This document shows, piece by piece, positions 15,204 through 23,882 of a stretch of DNA of 24,000 bases. The first letter of the stretch is position 1. The number at the start of each line of letters is the position of its first letter. A program made the translations under genes and the position numbers. The stretch comes from Ralstonia flatus (GTDB taxonomy: Bacteria > Pseudomonadota > Gammaproteobacteria > Burkholderiales > Burkholderiaceae), in contig NZ_CAUDLI010000004.1 of NCBI RefSeq assembly GCF_958439105.1, positions 274,009 to 298,008 on the forward strand. The letters are read 5' to 3'. The notes beneath the pieces are model-generated. The model saw only the letters and a list, made by a program, of their open reading frames with translations. It was not told the DNA's origin and did no database searches.

Positions 15204-15968
15204 TCAGACCGTCATGCCGCCATCGACGACGATGCATTCGCCGTTGGTGTAGCTCGCCGCATCCGACACGAGATAAAGCACCGTGCCCGCCATCTCGCGC
15301 GGTTCGGCGTGGCGGCGCAGCGGGATCTCGCTGATCCAGCGGTCGTATGTAGCCTTGTCTTCAAAGAGGGCGCCTGCGAACTTGGTCTTGGTCAGGCCCG
15401 GCAGCAGCGCGTTCACGCGAATGCCGAAGGGCCCGCATTCCTTGGCGAACGCGCGCGTCATGTGGGCCACGGCGGCCTTGGTGATGGAATAGATGCCCTG
15501 CTTGTCGCCCGGGTGCAGCGCGTTGACCGATGCGGTGTTGACGATCGCACCGCCGCCCTGGGTCTTCATCATCTTGCCGGCTTCGACCGACATGAAGAAG
15601 TAGCCGCGGATGTTCACTTCCACCGTCTTCTCATAGGCCGCCAGATCCGTGTCCAGGATGTGGCCGAAGTGCGGGTTGGCCGCGGCGTTGTTGATGAGAA
15701 TGTCGAGCCGGCCGTGCGTGCGGCGGATGGTGTCGAACGCCGCGGCAATGTCTTCCATGCGGCCGACGTGGCAGGCGAGGGCTTCAGCTTTGCCGCCCGC
15801 AGCGCGGATGCGTTCGGCCACGATTTCGCAGTCGGCCAGCTTGCGGCTGGACACGATGACGTGCGCGCCTTGTTCTGCCAGCAGCTTGGCAATCTCTTCG
15901 CCAATGCCGCGGCTGGCGCCGGTCACGAGGGCGATCTTGCCGGTCAGGTCGAACAGGTTCGTGCTCAT
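15204..15968 (-). CDS. SDR-family oxidoreductase (classical short-chain dehydrogenase)
   Basis: 254 aa from the internal ATG with GGAGGAG upstream. Cofactor motif TGASRGIG, NNAA, and catalytic YSITKAAV (YxxxK). Confidence 0.9.
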   Translation of the reverse strand: MSTNLFDLTGKIALVTGASRGIGEEIAKLLAEQGAHVIVSSRKLADCEIVAERIRAAGGKAEALACHVGRMEDIAAAFDTIRRTHGRLDILINNAAANPHFGHILDTDLAAYEKTVEVNIRGYFFMSVEAGKMMKTQGGGAIVNTASVNALHPGDKQGIYSITKAAVAHMTRAFAKECGPFGIRVNALLPGLTKTKFAGALFEDKATYDRWISEIPLRRHAEPREMAGTVLYLVSDAASYTNGECIVVDGGMTV

Positions 15969-16017
15969 GGTGTGCTCCTCCAATGGTGATGTGTTGTGGG
16001 CGTCTGCGCGTGGGCGT

Positions 16018-16692
16018 TCAGCCGTAGGTCTGGAACGCGCGCCGTGCCGGGTCGTCCAGATGCGGGATGCCATTGAAGGTGGCGAGCTGGAACGATTCCG
16101 CGTTGAAGAAATACTGCGAGACGCTGCTGTTGCGGATCTGCAGGTTCAGCGCGATGGCGCTGGCGGGCGGTGCGGCCAGCACCTGCTGTGCGGTCACGGC
16201 GATCGGCCCGCCGGAACTGATGGCGAGCACACGCTGCCCACCGCCGGCCTGGATGGCCGCGCGCGCATCGGCCACGCGTTGCTGGAAGGCGGCCCACGTC
16301 TCGGGCAGCGGCCCGCGGATCTTGTCGTCCGACCACAGGTGCAGCACCTGCTTGAGCGCGCGGTAGTGATCGCGCATCGAGCCCGAAGCCAGCTGTGTCA
16401 GCTCCGGAAAATCTTCGCCGAGCGCGGCAAACAGCCCTTGGAAGTCGTATTCGTTCAGCCCGGCATGCTGCTCAACCGCCGTGCCTGACATGCCCATGCC
16501 GCGCAGGATGCCGTCGACGGTCTGCTCATGGCGGCGCAAGGTGCCGCAAATGACGCGATCAAAAACAATGTCCTGCCGCGCGAAATATTCGCCGAGCCAG
16601 ACGCTCTGCTGCTCGCCGCGCTCGGAGAGCCGGTCGTAATCTGCCGCGCCAAACGAGGCCTGTCCGTGCCGCACGAGATAAAGCTCCGCCAT
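16018..16692 (-). CDS. histidine phosphatase (phosphoglycerate mutase-like) family protein
   Basis: The N-terminus LYLVRHGQASF carries the RHG catalytic motif. 224 aa. It lies upstream of, and on the same strand as, the SDR gene. Confidence 0.85.
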   Translation of the reverse strand: MAELYLVRHGQASFGAADYDRLSERGEQQSVWLGEYFARQDIVFDRVICGTLRRHEQTVDGILRGMGMSGTAVEQHAGLNEYDFQGLFAALGEDFPELTQLASGSMRDHYRALKQVLHLWSDDKIRGPLPETWAAFQQRVADARAAIQAGGGQRVLAISSGGPIAVTAQQVLAAPPASAIALNLQIRNSSVSQYFFNAESFQLATFNGIPHLDDPARRAFQTYG

Positions 16693-16923
16693 CGTCTGCT
16701 CGCCAAAATCAACAGGGGACCCAGATTAGCGGTGCGACCATTATTTGTGAAATTTATTCTTTGAATGACCGGTAATGCATGCAATGAATAGTTTTGCCAC
16801 TGCATGAGTTGCGGCGCGAGAGCAAGCGGCGGGTAACGACCGTGCGCCGCACGCAACATGGCTGCCCGCGCGCGCCGATCTTGTGTGTAATGGCCGTTTC
16901 GCCACTCGCTACAAAGGTCCTGT

Positions 16924-18147
16924 ATGAAACCGTCTCGCCTTGCCGTTGCTGCGCTGCTGCTGTGTGCCTCAGGTCTGTCTTGTGCCGCCGATGCCAATCC
17001 CAAGGTGCTGTCCGCCGCCGAGGGCTACCGCGGCGACGCGCTGCAATTGCTGGAGCGCCTGGTGAACATCGACTCGGGCACGGGCAACGAAGCGGGGCTC
17101 AGCCAGATCGGCACCATCGTGACCGACGAACTGCGCAAGGCCGGCGCCCAGGTGGAAACGGTGTCTGCGGCGCCGGCAGTGGGCAACAACATCCTGGCGA
17201 CCTGGAAGGGCACCGGTAAAACGCGCATTCTGCTGATGGCCCACATGGACACCGTCTTCAAGGACGGCACTGCCCGCGCCAAGCCGTTCACCATCAAGGA
17301 CAAGCGCGCCTACGGCCCCGGCGTGATGGACGACAAGGGCGGCGTGGTGGCGGGTTTGTATGCGATGAAGATCCTGCAGCAGCTCGACTTCAAGCAATAC
17401 GGGCAAGTCACGCTGCTGCTCAACACGAACGAGGAAACCGGCTCCAAGGGCACGCGCGCGTTGATCGAGCGCGAAGCCAAGCAACATGACGTGACGCTCA
17501 ACCTGGAACCGGGCCGGCCTGCCGACGGCTTGGTCGTGTGGCGCAAGGGCAGCGGCACCGCGGAGATCGACATCAAAGGCAAGGCCGCGCACGCTGGCGT
17601 GGCGCCCGAATCCGGTCGCAACGCCGCCAACGAACTGGCGCACCAGGTGCTGCAAGTCGGCAAGCTGGGCGACAGCGCCAAGCAGACGACCTTCAACGTG
17701 ACGGTGCTCAAGGCGGGCGATGCGACCAACGTCATCCCCGACCATGCAACGGCGTACGCAGACGTGCGCGTGGCCGTGCCGGAGGAATTCGACCGTGTGG
17801 AGCGCGACCTGGCGCGCGTATCGGCCAACAAGTTGATTCCGGACACGGAAGTGAAGACCTCGCTGGTGCGCAGCTTCCCGCCGATGCCGCGCAATGACGC
17901 GTCGGACAAGCTGGCCGCCAAGGCGCAAGCCATCTACGGCGAGATCGGCCGCAAGCTCACGCTCGAGGGCAGCGGGGGCGCCGCCGATTCCAGCCTGTCG
18001 GCCGGTGTCGGCACGCCCACGCTCGATGGCTTCGGGATCGTCGGCGGCGGCATCCACACGCCGGACGAATACGCGGAAGTGGAGAGCGTCGTGCCGCGTC
18101 TCTATCTGCTGTCGCGCATGATCATGGAGCTTGCGGCGAACAAGTAA
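16924..18147 (+). CDS. cpg2: secreted M20-family glutamate carboxypeptidase (carboxypeptidase G2-like)
   Basis: It has a signal peptide (MKPSRLAVAALLLCASGLSCAA). Block-by-block it resembles my recollection of Pseudomonas CPG2: LVNIDSGTG, LLMAHMDTVF, AYGPGVMDDKGG, LLNTNEETGS, GKAAHAGVAPESG and VPRLYLLSRMIMEL. Confidence 0.85.
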   Translation: MKPSRLAVAALLLCASGLSCAADANPKVLSAAEGYRGDALQLLERLVNIDSGTGNEAGLSQIGTIVTDELRKAGAQVETVSAAPAVGNNILATWKGTGKTRILLMAHMDTVFKDGTARAKPFTIKDKRAYGPGVMDDKGGVVAGLYAMKILQQLDFKQYGQVTLLLNTNEETGSKGTRALIEREAKQHDVTLNLEPGRPADGLVVWRKGSGTAEIDIKGKAAHAGVAPESGRNAANELAHQVLQVGKLGDSAKQTTFNVTVLKAGDATNVIPDHATAYADVRVAVPEEFDRVERDLARVSANKLIPDTEVKTSLVRSFPPMPRNDASDKLAAKAQAIYGEIGRKLTLEGSGGAADSSLSAGVGTPTLDGFGIVGGGIHTPDEYAEVESVVPRLYLLSRMIMELAANK

Positions 18148-18174
18148 GCGCCGCGCCGACGGTAAGCAACAACG

Positions 18175-18211
18175 AACGGGTGACGGCGCCGCGCTGTCAC
18201 CCGTTTTTTTG
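18175..18211. terminator. rho-independent terminator between convergent cpg2 and copD (probably bidirectional)
   Basis: The stem is AACGGGTGAC-(11-nt loop)-GTCACCCGTT (10-bp perfect stem), followed by TTTTTTGTT on the plus strand. The minus-strand flank, TCGTTGTTGCTT, is moderately U-rich. Confidence 0.8.
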
Positions 18212-18227
18212 TTGACCGCGTGAGACG

Positions 18228-19157
18228 CTACGCAGCCACTGGCGAAAGCAGGCCCAGCCACGCCACCAGCGCCAAGATCAGCACGGCGAGGCAGGTTTCC
18301 GTCTGCAGGCTTTTATGCAGCGCTCTCACCGCACCTGTGGAATCGCCCGCGCGAATTGCAGCCGCAAGCCGCGGGCTCAATCGATAGCGATTGCCCGCCG
18401 CCAGTGCAAGCATCAGCGCAAACAGCGCCAGTTTGCCGAGCAGCAACCGCCCATACGGCGTGGTGAACAGCGCATCGAACGTCGGGCCGGCAACCAGCAC
18501 ATAGTTGACGACGCCCGTCGCAATCAACATCGCGACGATGCACGTGCCGATGGTCGCGAAGCCGCTGGCGGCACGGCTGAGCGTTTGCACCGTATGCGGC
18601 GTGCCGGTCCGGCGGGCCGACGACAGCACCACGAAGGCGACCAACGCACCCACCCACATGCCAGCGGCCAGCAGATGCGTCACGTCAACGGCGAGATGCA
18701 GCACGCCGCGCAAGCCATCGTCCATGGCGCCGTGCCCCGCCCATGCAAGCGTGGCCAGCGCGATGGCGCCCGACGCGGCCAGCCCGATCTGTCGGCGGCG
18801 CGCATTTCGGCGCCACGCGATTGCCGCGACCACGCCCGCTGCAAGCACTGCTAGCCGCACCAGCCAGGCCGCGCCGACTGCCGTGCCGGTCAGGATCATG
18901 TCGAAGACATGGCTGGTCAGCTCGCTGTAGCGCGTGGCGCCGCTCATCGACTCAGCCATCGCCACCACGTCCCAGATCGACAGCACGATGCCGGCCAACG
19001 CCGCTGCCTCCGCCACCCTGCCGTACAGCCGAGAGATGCCCGACGATGGATTGGTTGGGCCAAGCGCGTAAAGGCTGAAAAGCGATACGCCAAAAAGCAC
19101 CATCAAATCCAGATACAGCGCAAAGCGCAGGGTGACGGCCAGCCAGTCCTCCGGCAT
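18228..19157 (-). CDS. copD: copper resistance protein D family membrane protein (CopD)
   Basis: 309 aa with about 8 TM segments and a CopD-like N-terminus (LRFALYLDLMVLFG). It lies 4 nt downstream of copC on the same strand. Confidence 0.8.
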   Translation of the reverse strand: MPEDWLAVTLRFALYLDLMVLFGVSLFSLYALGPTNPSSGISRLYGRVAEAAALAGIVLSIWDVVAMAESMSGATRYSELTSHVFDMILTGTAVGAAWLVRLAVLAAGVVAAIAWRRNARRRQIGLAASGAIALATLAWAGHGAMDDGLRGVLHLAVDVTHLLAAGMWVGALVAFVVLSSARRTGTPHTVQTLSRAASGFATIGTCIVAMLIATGVVNYVLVAGPTFDALFTTPYGRLLLGKLALFALMLALAAGNRYRLSPRLAAAIRAGDSTGAVRALHKSLQTETCLAVLILALVAWLGLLSPVAA

Positions 19158-19161
19158 CGCG

Positions 19162-19536
19162 TTACTTCACCTGGAACGTCAGGTTGCCGGCTACGCGGTG
19201 CGTGTCTGCGGCCACGACATGCCAGTCGACGCGGTAGGCCCCGGGCGCGAGCGGCTGCGTGGGCGAGACGGTCAGCGTCCGCCCGTCGGTGCTCGTGGCG
19301 ACCTTGGCGGCCACATTCGTCGTCGAGCCGGAGCCTGCGTTCATGACCAGCGTGGCATCGCAGAACTGGGCAACGAGTTTTTCCGAGAAATGGAGCGCAA
19401 TCTGGGCCGGTGCCGGGCCAACGGACTTGTCGGCGGGACTGGCCGAGAGCAGCTTCGGATGGGCCAGCGCCAGCGAGGCAGCGAGGGCAGCGGCAGCGGC
19501 CACGCACGCGTGGGCGATGCGTGAAGGGTTGAGCAT
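19162..19536 (-). CDS. copC: periplasmic copper-binding protein CopC
   Basis: The signal peptide ends in ...SLALA-HPKL, so the mature protein starts with His, which is the CopC Cu(II) ligand. The C-terminus YRVDWHVVAADTHRVAGNLTFQVK carries the D-x-H Cu(II) motif. There is no Met-rich Cu(I) loop. The start is ATG 19536 or 19542. Confidence 0.85.
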   Translation of the reverse strand: MLNPSRIAHACVAAAAALAASLALAHPKLLSASPADKSVGPAPAQIALHFSEKLVAQFCDATLVMNAGSGSTTNVAAKVATSTDGRTLTVSPTQPLAPGAYRVDWHVVAADTHRVAGNLTFQVK

Positions 19537-19742
19537 CGGCATTGGAGACCTGCGGAGTTCGGGGCTGACGGCTAGCGTAACGCATTGTTTTCGGCCCAGG
19601 GCGCCGAAGCGGGGATGCGCGCCCGCCCATGTGCGCGCTGCAGCGCAACGCCAAAGTAGATGTAAACGACCACATCCCGCAGCCCGCATTGCCGGGCCGA
19701 TGTGCTATCGTCGCCGCCACGAAAAATTCACAAATTCCGGGT

Positions 19743-20864
19743 ATGCACGACGTCGTCATCAGCGGCACGGGCCTGTGGGTCGCGCCCGAGGTCATCACCA
19801 ACGAGGAGCTGGTCGCCTCGTACAACGCCTACACCCAGCTCTACAACGCGCAGCACGCGGCGGCGATTGCGGCGGGCGAGTTGCCGGCGCTGGCGGAATC
19901 GTCGGCGGAGTTCATCGAGAAGGCGTCGGGTATTCGACAGCGCTACGTGATCGACAAGGCCGGCGTGCTGGACCCGACGCGCATGCGCCCGCATCTGACG
20001 CCGCGCCCGGACGATGCGCTGTCGCTGCAAGCCGAGATTGGCGTGGCCGCGGCGCGCGACGCATTGGCCGCTGCCGGGCGCGATGCGGCCGACGTCGACA
20101 TGCTGCTGTGCGCCACGTCCAACTTCCAGCGCCCGTATCCGGCGTTGGGCGTGGAAATTCAGAACGGCATTGGCGCGGGCGGTTACGCGTTCGACATGAA
20201 CGTCGCGTGCTCGTCGGCCACGTTCGGGCTGGAGCAGGCCATCAACGCCGTGCGCAGCGGCACGGCGCGCGCCGCGCTGGTAGTGAGCCCGGAAATCACC
20301 TCCGGCCACCTCGATTGGAAAGACCGCGATTGCCACTTCATCTTTGGCGACGTGTGCACGGCCGTGCTGGTCGAGCGCGCGGAAGACACGCGCTCTGCGG
20401 ACGCCTGGCGTGTGCTCGGCACCAAATGCGCGACGAGCTTTTCCAACAACATCCGCAACAACGCCGGCTACCTCTCGCGCAGCGAAGACCGCAACCCCGA
20501 CGACCGCGATCAGCTCTTCCGCCAGGAAGGCCGCAAGGTCTTCAAGGAAGTCTGCCCGATGGCGGCGGAGCACATTGCCGGCCATCTGCAGCAATTGGGC
20601 CACGCTCCGGCCGACGTGCGCCGCTTCTGGCTGCATCAGGCCAACCTGGCGATGAACCAGCTGATCGGCAAGCGCCTGCTTGGGCACGACGCATCGGCCG
20701 ACGAGGCGCCGGTCATTCTCGACGAGTTCGCCAACACGGCATCGGCGGGTTCCATCATTGCGTTCCACCGCCACCGTGCCGACCTGAAGTCGGGTGACCT
20801 GGGCATGATCTGCTCGTTTGGCGCGGGTTATTCGATCGGCAGCGTGGCGGTGCAGAAGCAGTAA
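19743..20864 (+). CDS. beta-ketoacyl-ACP synthase III-like condensing enzyme (FabH-like, long 373-aa type)
   Basis: The Cys-His-Asn triad contexts are NVACSSATFG, FWLHQANLAMN and FANTASAGS. The N-terminus MHDVVISGTGLWV resembles the PA3286-type KAS III as I recall it. The track ORF's first 38 codons are probably non-coding. Confidence 0.85.
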   Translation: MHDVVISGTGLWVAPEVITNEELVASYNAYTQLYNAQHAAAIAAGELPALAESSAEFIEKASGIRQRYVIDKAGVLDPTRMRPHLTPRPDDALSLQAEIGVAAARDALAAAGRDAADVDMLLCATSNFQRPYPALGVEIQNGIGAGGYAFDMNVACSSATFGLEQAINAVRSGTARAALVVSPEITSGHLDWKDRDCHFIFGDVCTAVLVERAEDTRSADAWRVLGTKCATSFSNNIRNNAGYLSRSEDRNPDDRDQLFRQEGRKVFKEVCPMAAEHIAGHLQQLGHAPADVRRFWLHQANLAMNQLIGKRLLGHDASADEAPVILDEFANTASAGSIIAFHRHRADLKSGDLGMICSFGAGYSIGSVAVQKQ

Positions 20865-20892
20865 TCGATCTGCACCGAATCGCGGGCGACGC

Positions 20893-22005
20893 TCAGGTCT
20901 GACCGGGCAGCGTCGCCTCAAAAAAATCCAGCGCCCGCCGCACGGCCTCGGCATGCACCGCATCGCGATCGACGCCGGGGTTGTCCTTGCACAGCAGCGG
21001 CACATGGGGCGCTGCACCCGGCAAGCACGTGTCCACGAACGTGTAGTGCGACGCCCCCGGCACCAGCAGCAGATCGGCCTTGGGCAGCATCTTGGCGACG
21101 CGTCGTACGTTGGTGTCGACGGGCACGGTGACATCCGCGTCTCCGGCCATCAGCGAGACGGGGATGCTGATGTTGCCAAGCGACGTGGCGTTCATCGCCA
21201 TGCCCAGGGCGGGCGCCATCGCAAAAACGGCCTTGATGCGTGCGTCGCGGTAAGACGCACCGGAGCGAGCGAGGGACGCTTCCGTCTGCGGTGACCTCGT
21301 GGTGTCGGCAGCGGGGTTGATCTGCGCTCGGGCCATCTCCGGCGGGTGGCAGATGGCGTCTGCCTGTGGCGAGCCGCAGAACGCCATGAAGGCTGCGACA
21401 TCCGTGCGTGCGCCGGCCAGTTCCAGCACGGTATAGCCGCCCAACGAAAAGCCCACGGCGCCGATGCGTGTGCGATCGACATGCGCGCCCAACACGGGGT
21501 CGGCGAGCACGCCATCGAGCACTTCGCTCACATCGGTGGCGCGCTCCCACCAGAGCATGAAGCCCTCCCGCGTGAGCGGTTCCAGCGCCGTGTTGCCCGG
21601 ATGGTTCACGCCCGCGACGATGTAGCCGTGCGCCGCCAGGGCGGCTGCCATCCAATCGAGGCTTCCTGCCGTGCCGCCGGTGCCGTGCGAAAGCAGCAGC
21701 AGCGGATATTGCGCCTGCGTTGCCGCGAAGGGCGCTTCGGCCGCAGATGGCTGCATGCGGAACGGCGACCGGCCCGGCGCATCGACGTTGTGCGAAACCT
21801 CCGGCACGGAAATGTCCGCTGGATACCAGACGTTGGTGATGAGCGCCTGGGTGCGTGCCCCGCGCCAATGGCGCTCAGCCTGCGGATGAAATGCGCGGGT
21901 GGTTTCCCCCACGTGGTACGGCGCAGCAGGCTCATCAGCGGAACCGGCATAGGCAGCGCCCATGGCTAAGGCCGCCAGCGCGGCGGCAAGGCAACGACGC
22001 AACAT
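20893..22005 (-). CDS. secreted alpha/beta hydrolase (dienelactone hydrolase / PAF-acetylhydrolase-like)
   Basis: It has a signal peptide (MLRRCLAAALAALAMGAAYA), the nucleophile elbow GFSLGG, an LLLLSHGTGG oxyanion region, and C-terminal Asp/His candidates (MAGDADV, GASHYTF). Its RBS AAGGAG lies inside the last codons of the upstream AraC gene. Confidence 0.8.
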   Translation of the reverse strand: MLRRCLAAALAALAMGAAYAGSADEPAAPYHVGETTRAFHPQAERHWRGARTQALITNVWYPADISVPEVSHNVDAPGRSPFRMQPSAAEAPFAATQAQYPLLLLSHGTGGTAGSLDWMAAALAAHGYIVAGVNHPGNTALEPLTREGFMLWWERATDVSEVLDGVLADPVLGAHVDRTRIGAVGFSLGGYTVLELAGARTDVAAFMAFCGSPQADAICHPPEMARAQINPAADTTRSPQTEASLARSGASYRDARIKAVFAMAPALGMAMNATSLGNISIPVSLMAGDADVTVPVDTNVRRVAKMLPKADLLLVPGASHYTFVDTCLPGAAPHVPLLCKDNPGVDRDAVHAEAVRRALDFFEATLPGQT

Positions 22006-22007
22006 CT

Positions 22008-22859
22008 TTACTCCTTGCGGATGGGGATCATCAGGTCGGTCACGCAGGCGCGCGGCGGGTGATGCCGCCCGGGGCTGCGATACAGCTCAAGCGCCGGGCG
22101 GTCGTCCGGTTCGAAGCCGTAGCTGGGGAGGCAGCCGCCGTAGAGCGCCTGCATGGTGGGCGCGATCAGCGCGTAAGGGCCGATCAGCCGGTGACAAGCG
22201 TAGCGGCCGCCTTCGATGCGCATCGGCTGCAGGCGGCCAGTGATTGCGCGCGGCGTATCGAGGATCACGCCCGCGAAGTATTCGAACGAGCCGGGCGTTT
22301 CCGGATCGCCATAGCAGACGCCAATGCGGTCGGGCGCATCCGCCGATTCCATATCGATGCCGAGCAACTGCCGCAGCATGACGAACGTCTGACGAATCGT
22401 CGCAACGGGGCCGTCGTGGCGCAGGCAGAGCGCGTGCAGAGGCGGCTGTTCGATCAGCTCGATGGGCGGCAGGTCTGCGGTCTCGGTGCTGCGCACATTC
22501 AGCGCCTGCTGCCGCGTCTGGAACGCGCGCGGGCTTACGCCGGTGAACTCGCGGAAAGCGCGGGCGAATGCCTGCGGGCTGCCGTAGCCGACGTTGAGTG
22601 CGACATCGGTGACGGAGTCTTCCGCGCCGCTCAAACGGTGCGCAGCCTGCGCCAGCCGCAGGCGCTGGACGGTCTCGAACACGCCTTCGCCGGTGAGCGC
22701 GCGGTAGATGCGATGAAAGTGAAATGGCGACAGGTGCGCCACCGCCGCCAGGCTCTGCACGGTATGCGGTGCCGCGGGGTCGGCCAGGATCGCCTCGATC
22801 ACGCGGGCGATGCGGCGGTGGTAGTCGTGTTCAGTGCGGGGCTTCATGCGGCAAAGCAT
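22008..22859 (-). CDS. AraC-family transcriptional regulator with a GyrI-like effector-binding domain
   Basis: The N-terminal AraC HTH pair is LSPFHFHRIYRALTGE and VALNVGYGSPQAFARAFREFTGVSPRAF. The C-terminal ~150 aa are GyrI/SbmC-like. Alternative start at ATG 22847. Its stop lies 2 nt before the hydrolase start. Confidence 0.85.
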   Translation of the reverse strand: MLCRMKPRTEHDYHRRIARVIEAILADPAAPHTVQSLAAVAHLSPFHFHRIYRALTGEGVFETVQRLRLAQAAHRLSGAEDSVTDVALNVGYGSPQAFARAFREFTGVSPRAFQTRQQALNVRSTETADLPPIELIEQPPLHALCLRHDGPVATIRQTFVMLRQLLGIDMESADAPDRIGVCYGDPETPGSFEYFAGVILDTPRAITGRLQPMRIEGGRYACHRLIGPYALIAPTMQALYGGCLPSYGFEPDDRPALELYRSPGRHHPPRACVTDLMIPIRKE

Positions 22860-22925
22860 AGTCGCCCCGCCGCCGTCGCGCGGTGCAGCGATTGCGCAAA
22901 ATGCGCGGGCGGGAGGGGCGTCCCG

Positions 22926-23780
22926 CTACCGTCCGCCCGTGGCCCGCAAGGTGGTGGCGAAGGTCCGCAACGCCTTCTTTGCGGCTGGATCGGCGAGCCG
23001 TGAATGCAGCACCACGCTGCGCGACGGAAGCGGCGGCAGGCCAAGCGCATCGCCCACATCGATGGTGCCGGTGGGTGCGACGCGTCGGCTGAGTGCCGCC
23101 ACTGCAAGGCCGGCCGCCACCGCCGCGCCGATGGTGGCTACGCCACCGCCGATAAACACCTCTTGCCAGGCGATGCCCGCGGCGTCCAATGCCGTCGTTG
23201 CCATCTGCCGGATGCGGCACGTTTCGGTTTGGTTGGCCAGGCGGACCGGTTCGCCCGCGCGGTGCTCGAAATCGGGTGCGGCCATCCAGCCGAAAGGCTC
23301 TTCCATGAGGATTTCGCCGTCGGTGCGGCGGTTGTCGTGGCGCAGCACGATGGCGGCATCCAGCACGCCGCCTTCGAACATCTCCAGGACTTCCCAGGAA
23401 CTGGCGATGCGGATCTCCAGTGTGAGCGTCGGTTCGGCCCGGCCCATCTGTCGCAACAGGCGCGGCAGTTCTGCGCCGACGATGTGGTGGCTCATCCCGA
23501 CCGACAAGCGCCGCCGTTCCACGCCAAAGGAGCCCAGCGCGCCTTCGTGCGCCGCGACCAGGTCGCGCGCTGCCGCGAGAAACGCCGCGCCATCCTGCGA
23601 CAGCCGAACCAGGCGCGGCGTGCGCTCCAGAAGCCGGCGGCCCAGTGCATCTTCCAGCCGCTTGATCTTCAGGCTCACCGCGGACTGCGTGGAGTCCATG
23701 GCCTCCGCCGCGCGCGTGAAGCTCTTCAGATCGGCCGTCAGCACGAAGGCCTGGACAGCCTCCAGGTCGAGCATTCTCAT
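22926..23780 (-). CDS. LysR-family transcriptional regulator
   Basis: HTH: LEAVQAFVLTADLKSFTRAAEAMDSTQSAVSLKIKRLE. I take the start as ATG 23780 (ATG 23774 is also possible; the track uses TTG 23786). It is divergent from the tautomerase gene. Confidence 0.85.
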   Translation of the reverse strand: MRMLDLEAVQAFVLTADLKSFTRAAEAMDSTQSAVSLKIKRLEDALGRRLLERTPRLVRLSQDGAAFLAAARDLVAAHEGALGSFGVERRRLSVGMSHHIVGAELPRLLRQMGRAEPTLTLEIRIASSWEVLEMFEGGVLDAAIVLRHDNRRTDGEILMEEPFGWMAAPDFEHRAGEPVRLANQTETCRIRQMATTALDAAGIAWQEVFIGGGVATIGAAVAAGLAVAALSRRVAPTGTIDVGDALGLPPLPSRSVVLHSRLADPAAKKALRTFATTLRATGGR

Positions 23781-23781
23781 G

Positions 23782-23810
23782 TTCAATCATTTTGAAATCG
23801 AATGATTGAA
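23782..23810. promoter_or_regulatory. perfect 10-bp inverted repeat TTCAATCATT-N9-AATGATTGAA (likely LysR operator)
   Basis: Read directly from the sequence. It lies in the LysR/tautomerase divergent region and abuts the LysR start. It contains T-N11-A type dyad symmetry. Confidence 0.5.
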
Positions 23811-23882
23811 ATATCTTAGGATGTCTTTTTGCAATGATCAATGTGAGGCATGCTGTGGTCACTGCAAACCAAGGAGTGGACC

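Noticed and set aside
16776-16806. A sigma-54-like TGGCAA-N5-TTCAT on the minus strand, in the A/T-rich region between the histidine phosphatase and cpg2 genes.
   Set aside because: The essentially invariant GC of the -12 element is missing (GG-N10-CA instead of GG-N10-GC). No enhancer-binding-protein gene is nearby.
20884-20930. The hairpin GGCGACGC-(17-nt loop)-GCGTCGCC next to an A7 run, downstream of the KAS III-like gene.
   Set aside because: The U-run would precede rather than follow the stem on the minus strand, and on the plus strand an A-run follows the stem. Most of the element also lies inside the hydrolase C-terminal codons. It is not a canonical terminator for either strand.
23147-23154. 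An exact GCCGATAA (sigma-28 -10 consensus) on the plus strand.
   Set aside because: There is no TAAA-type -35 at the required 11-nt spacing (the upstream 8-mer is CGATGGTG). It also lies inside, and antisense to, the LysR coding sequence. It is most likely a chance occurrence.
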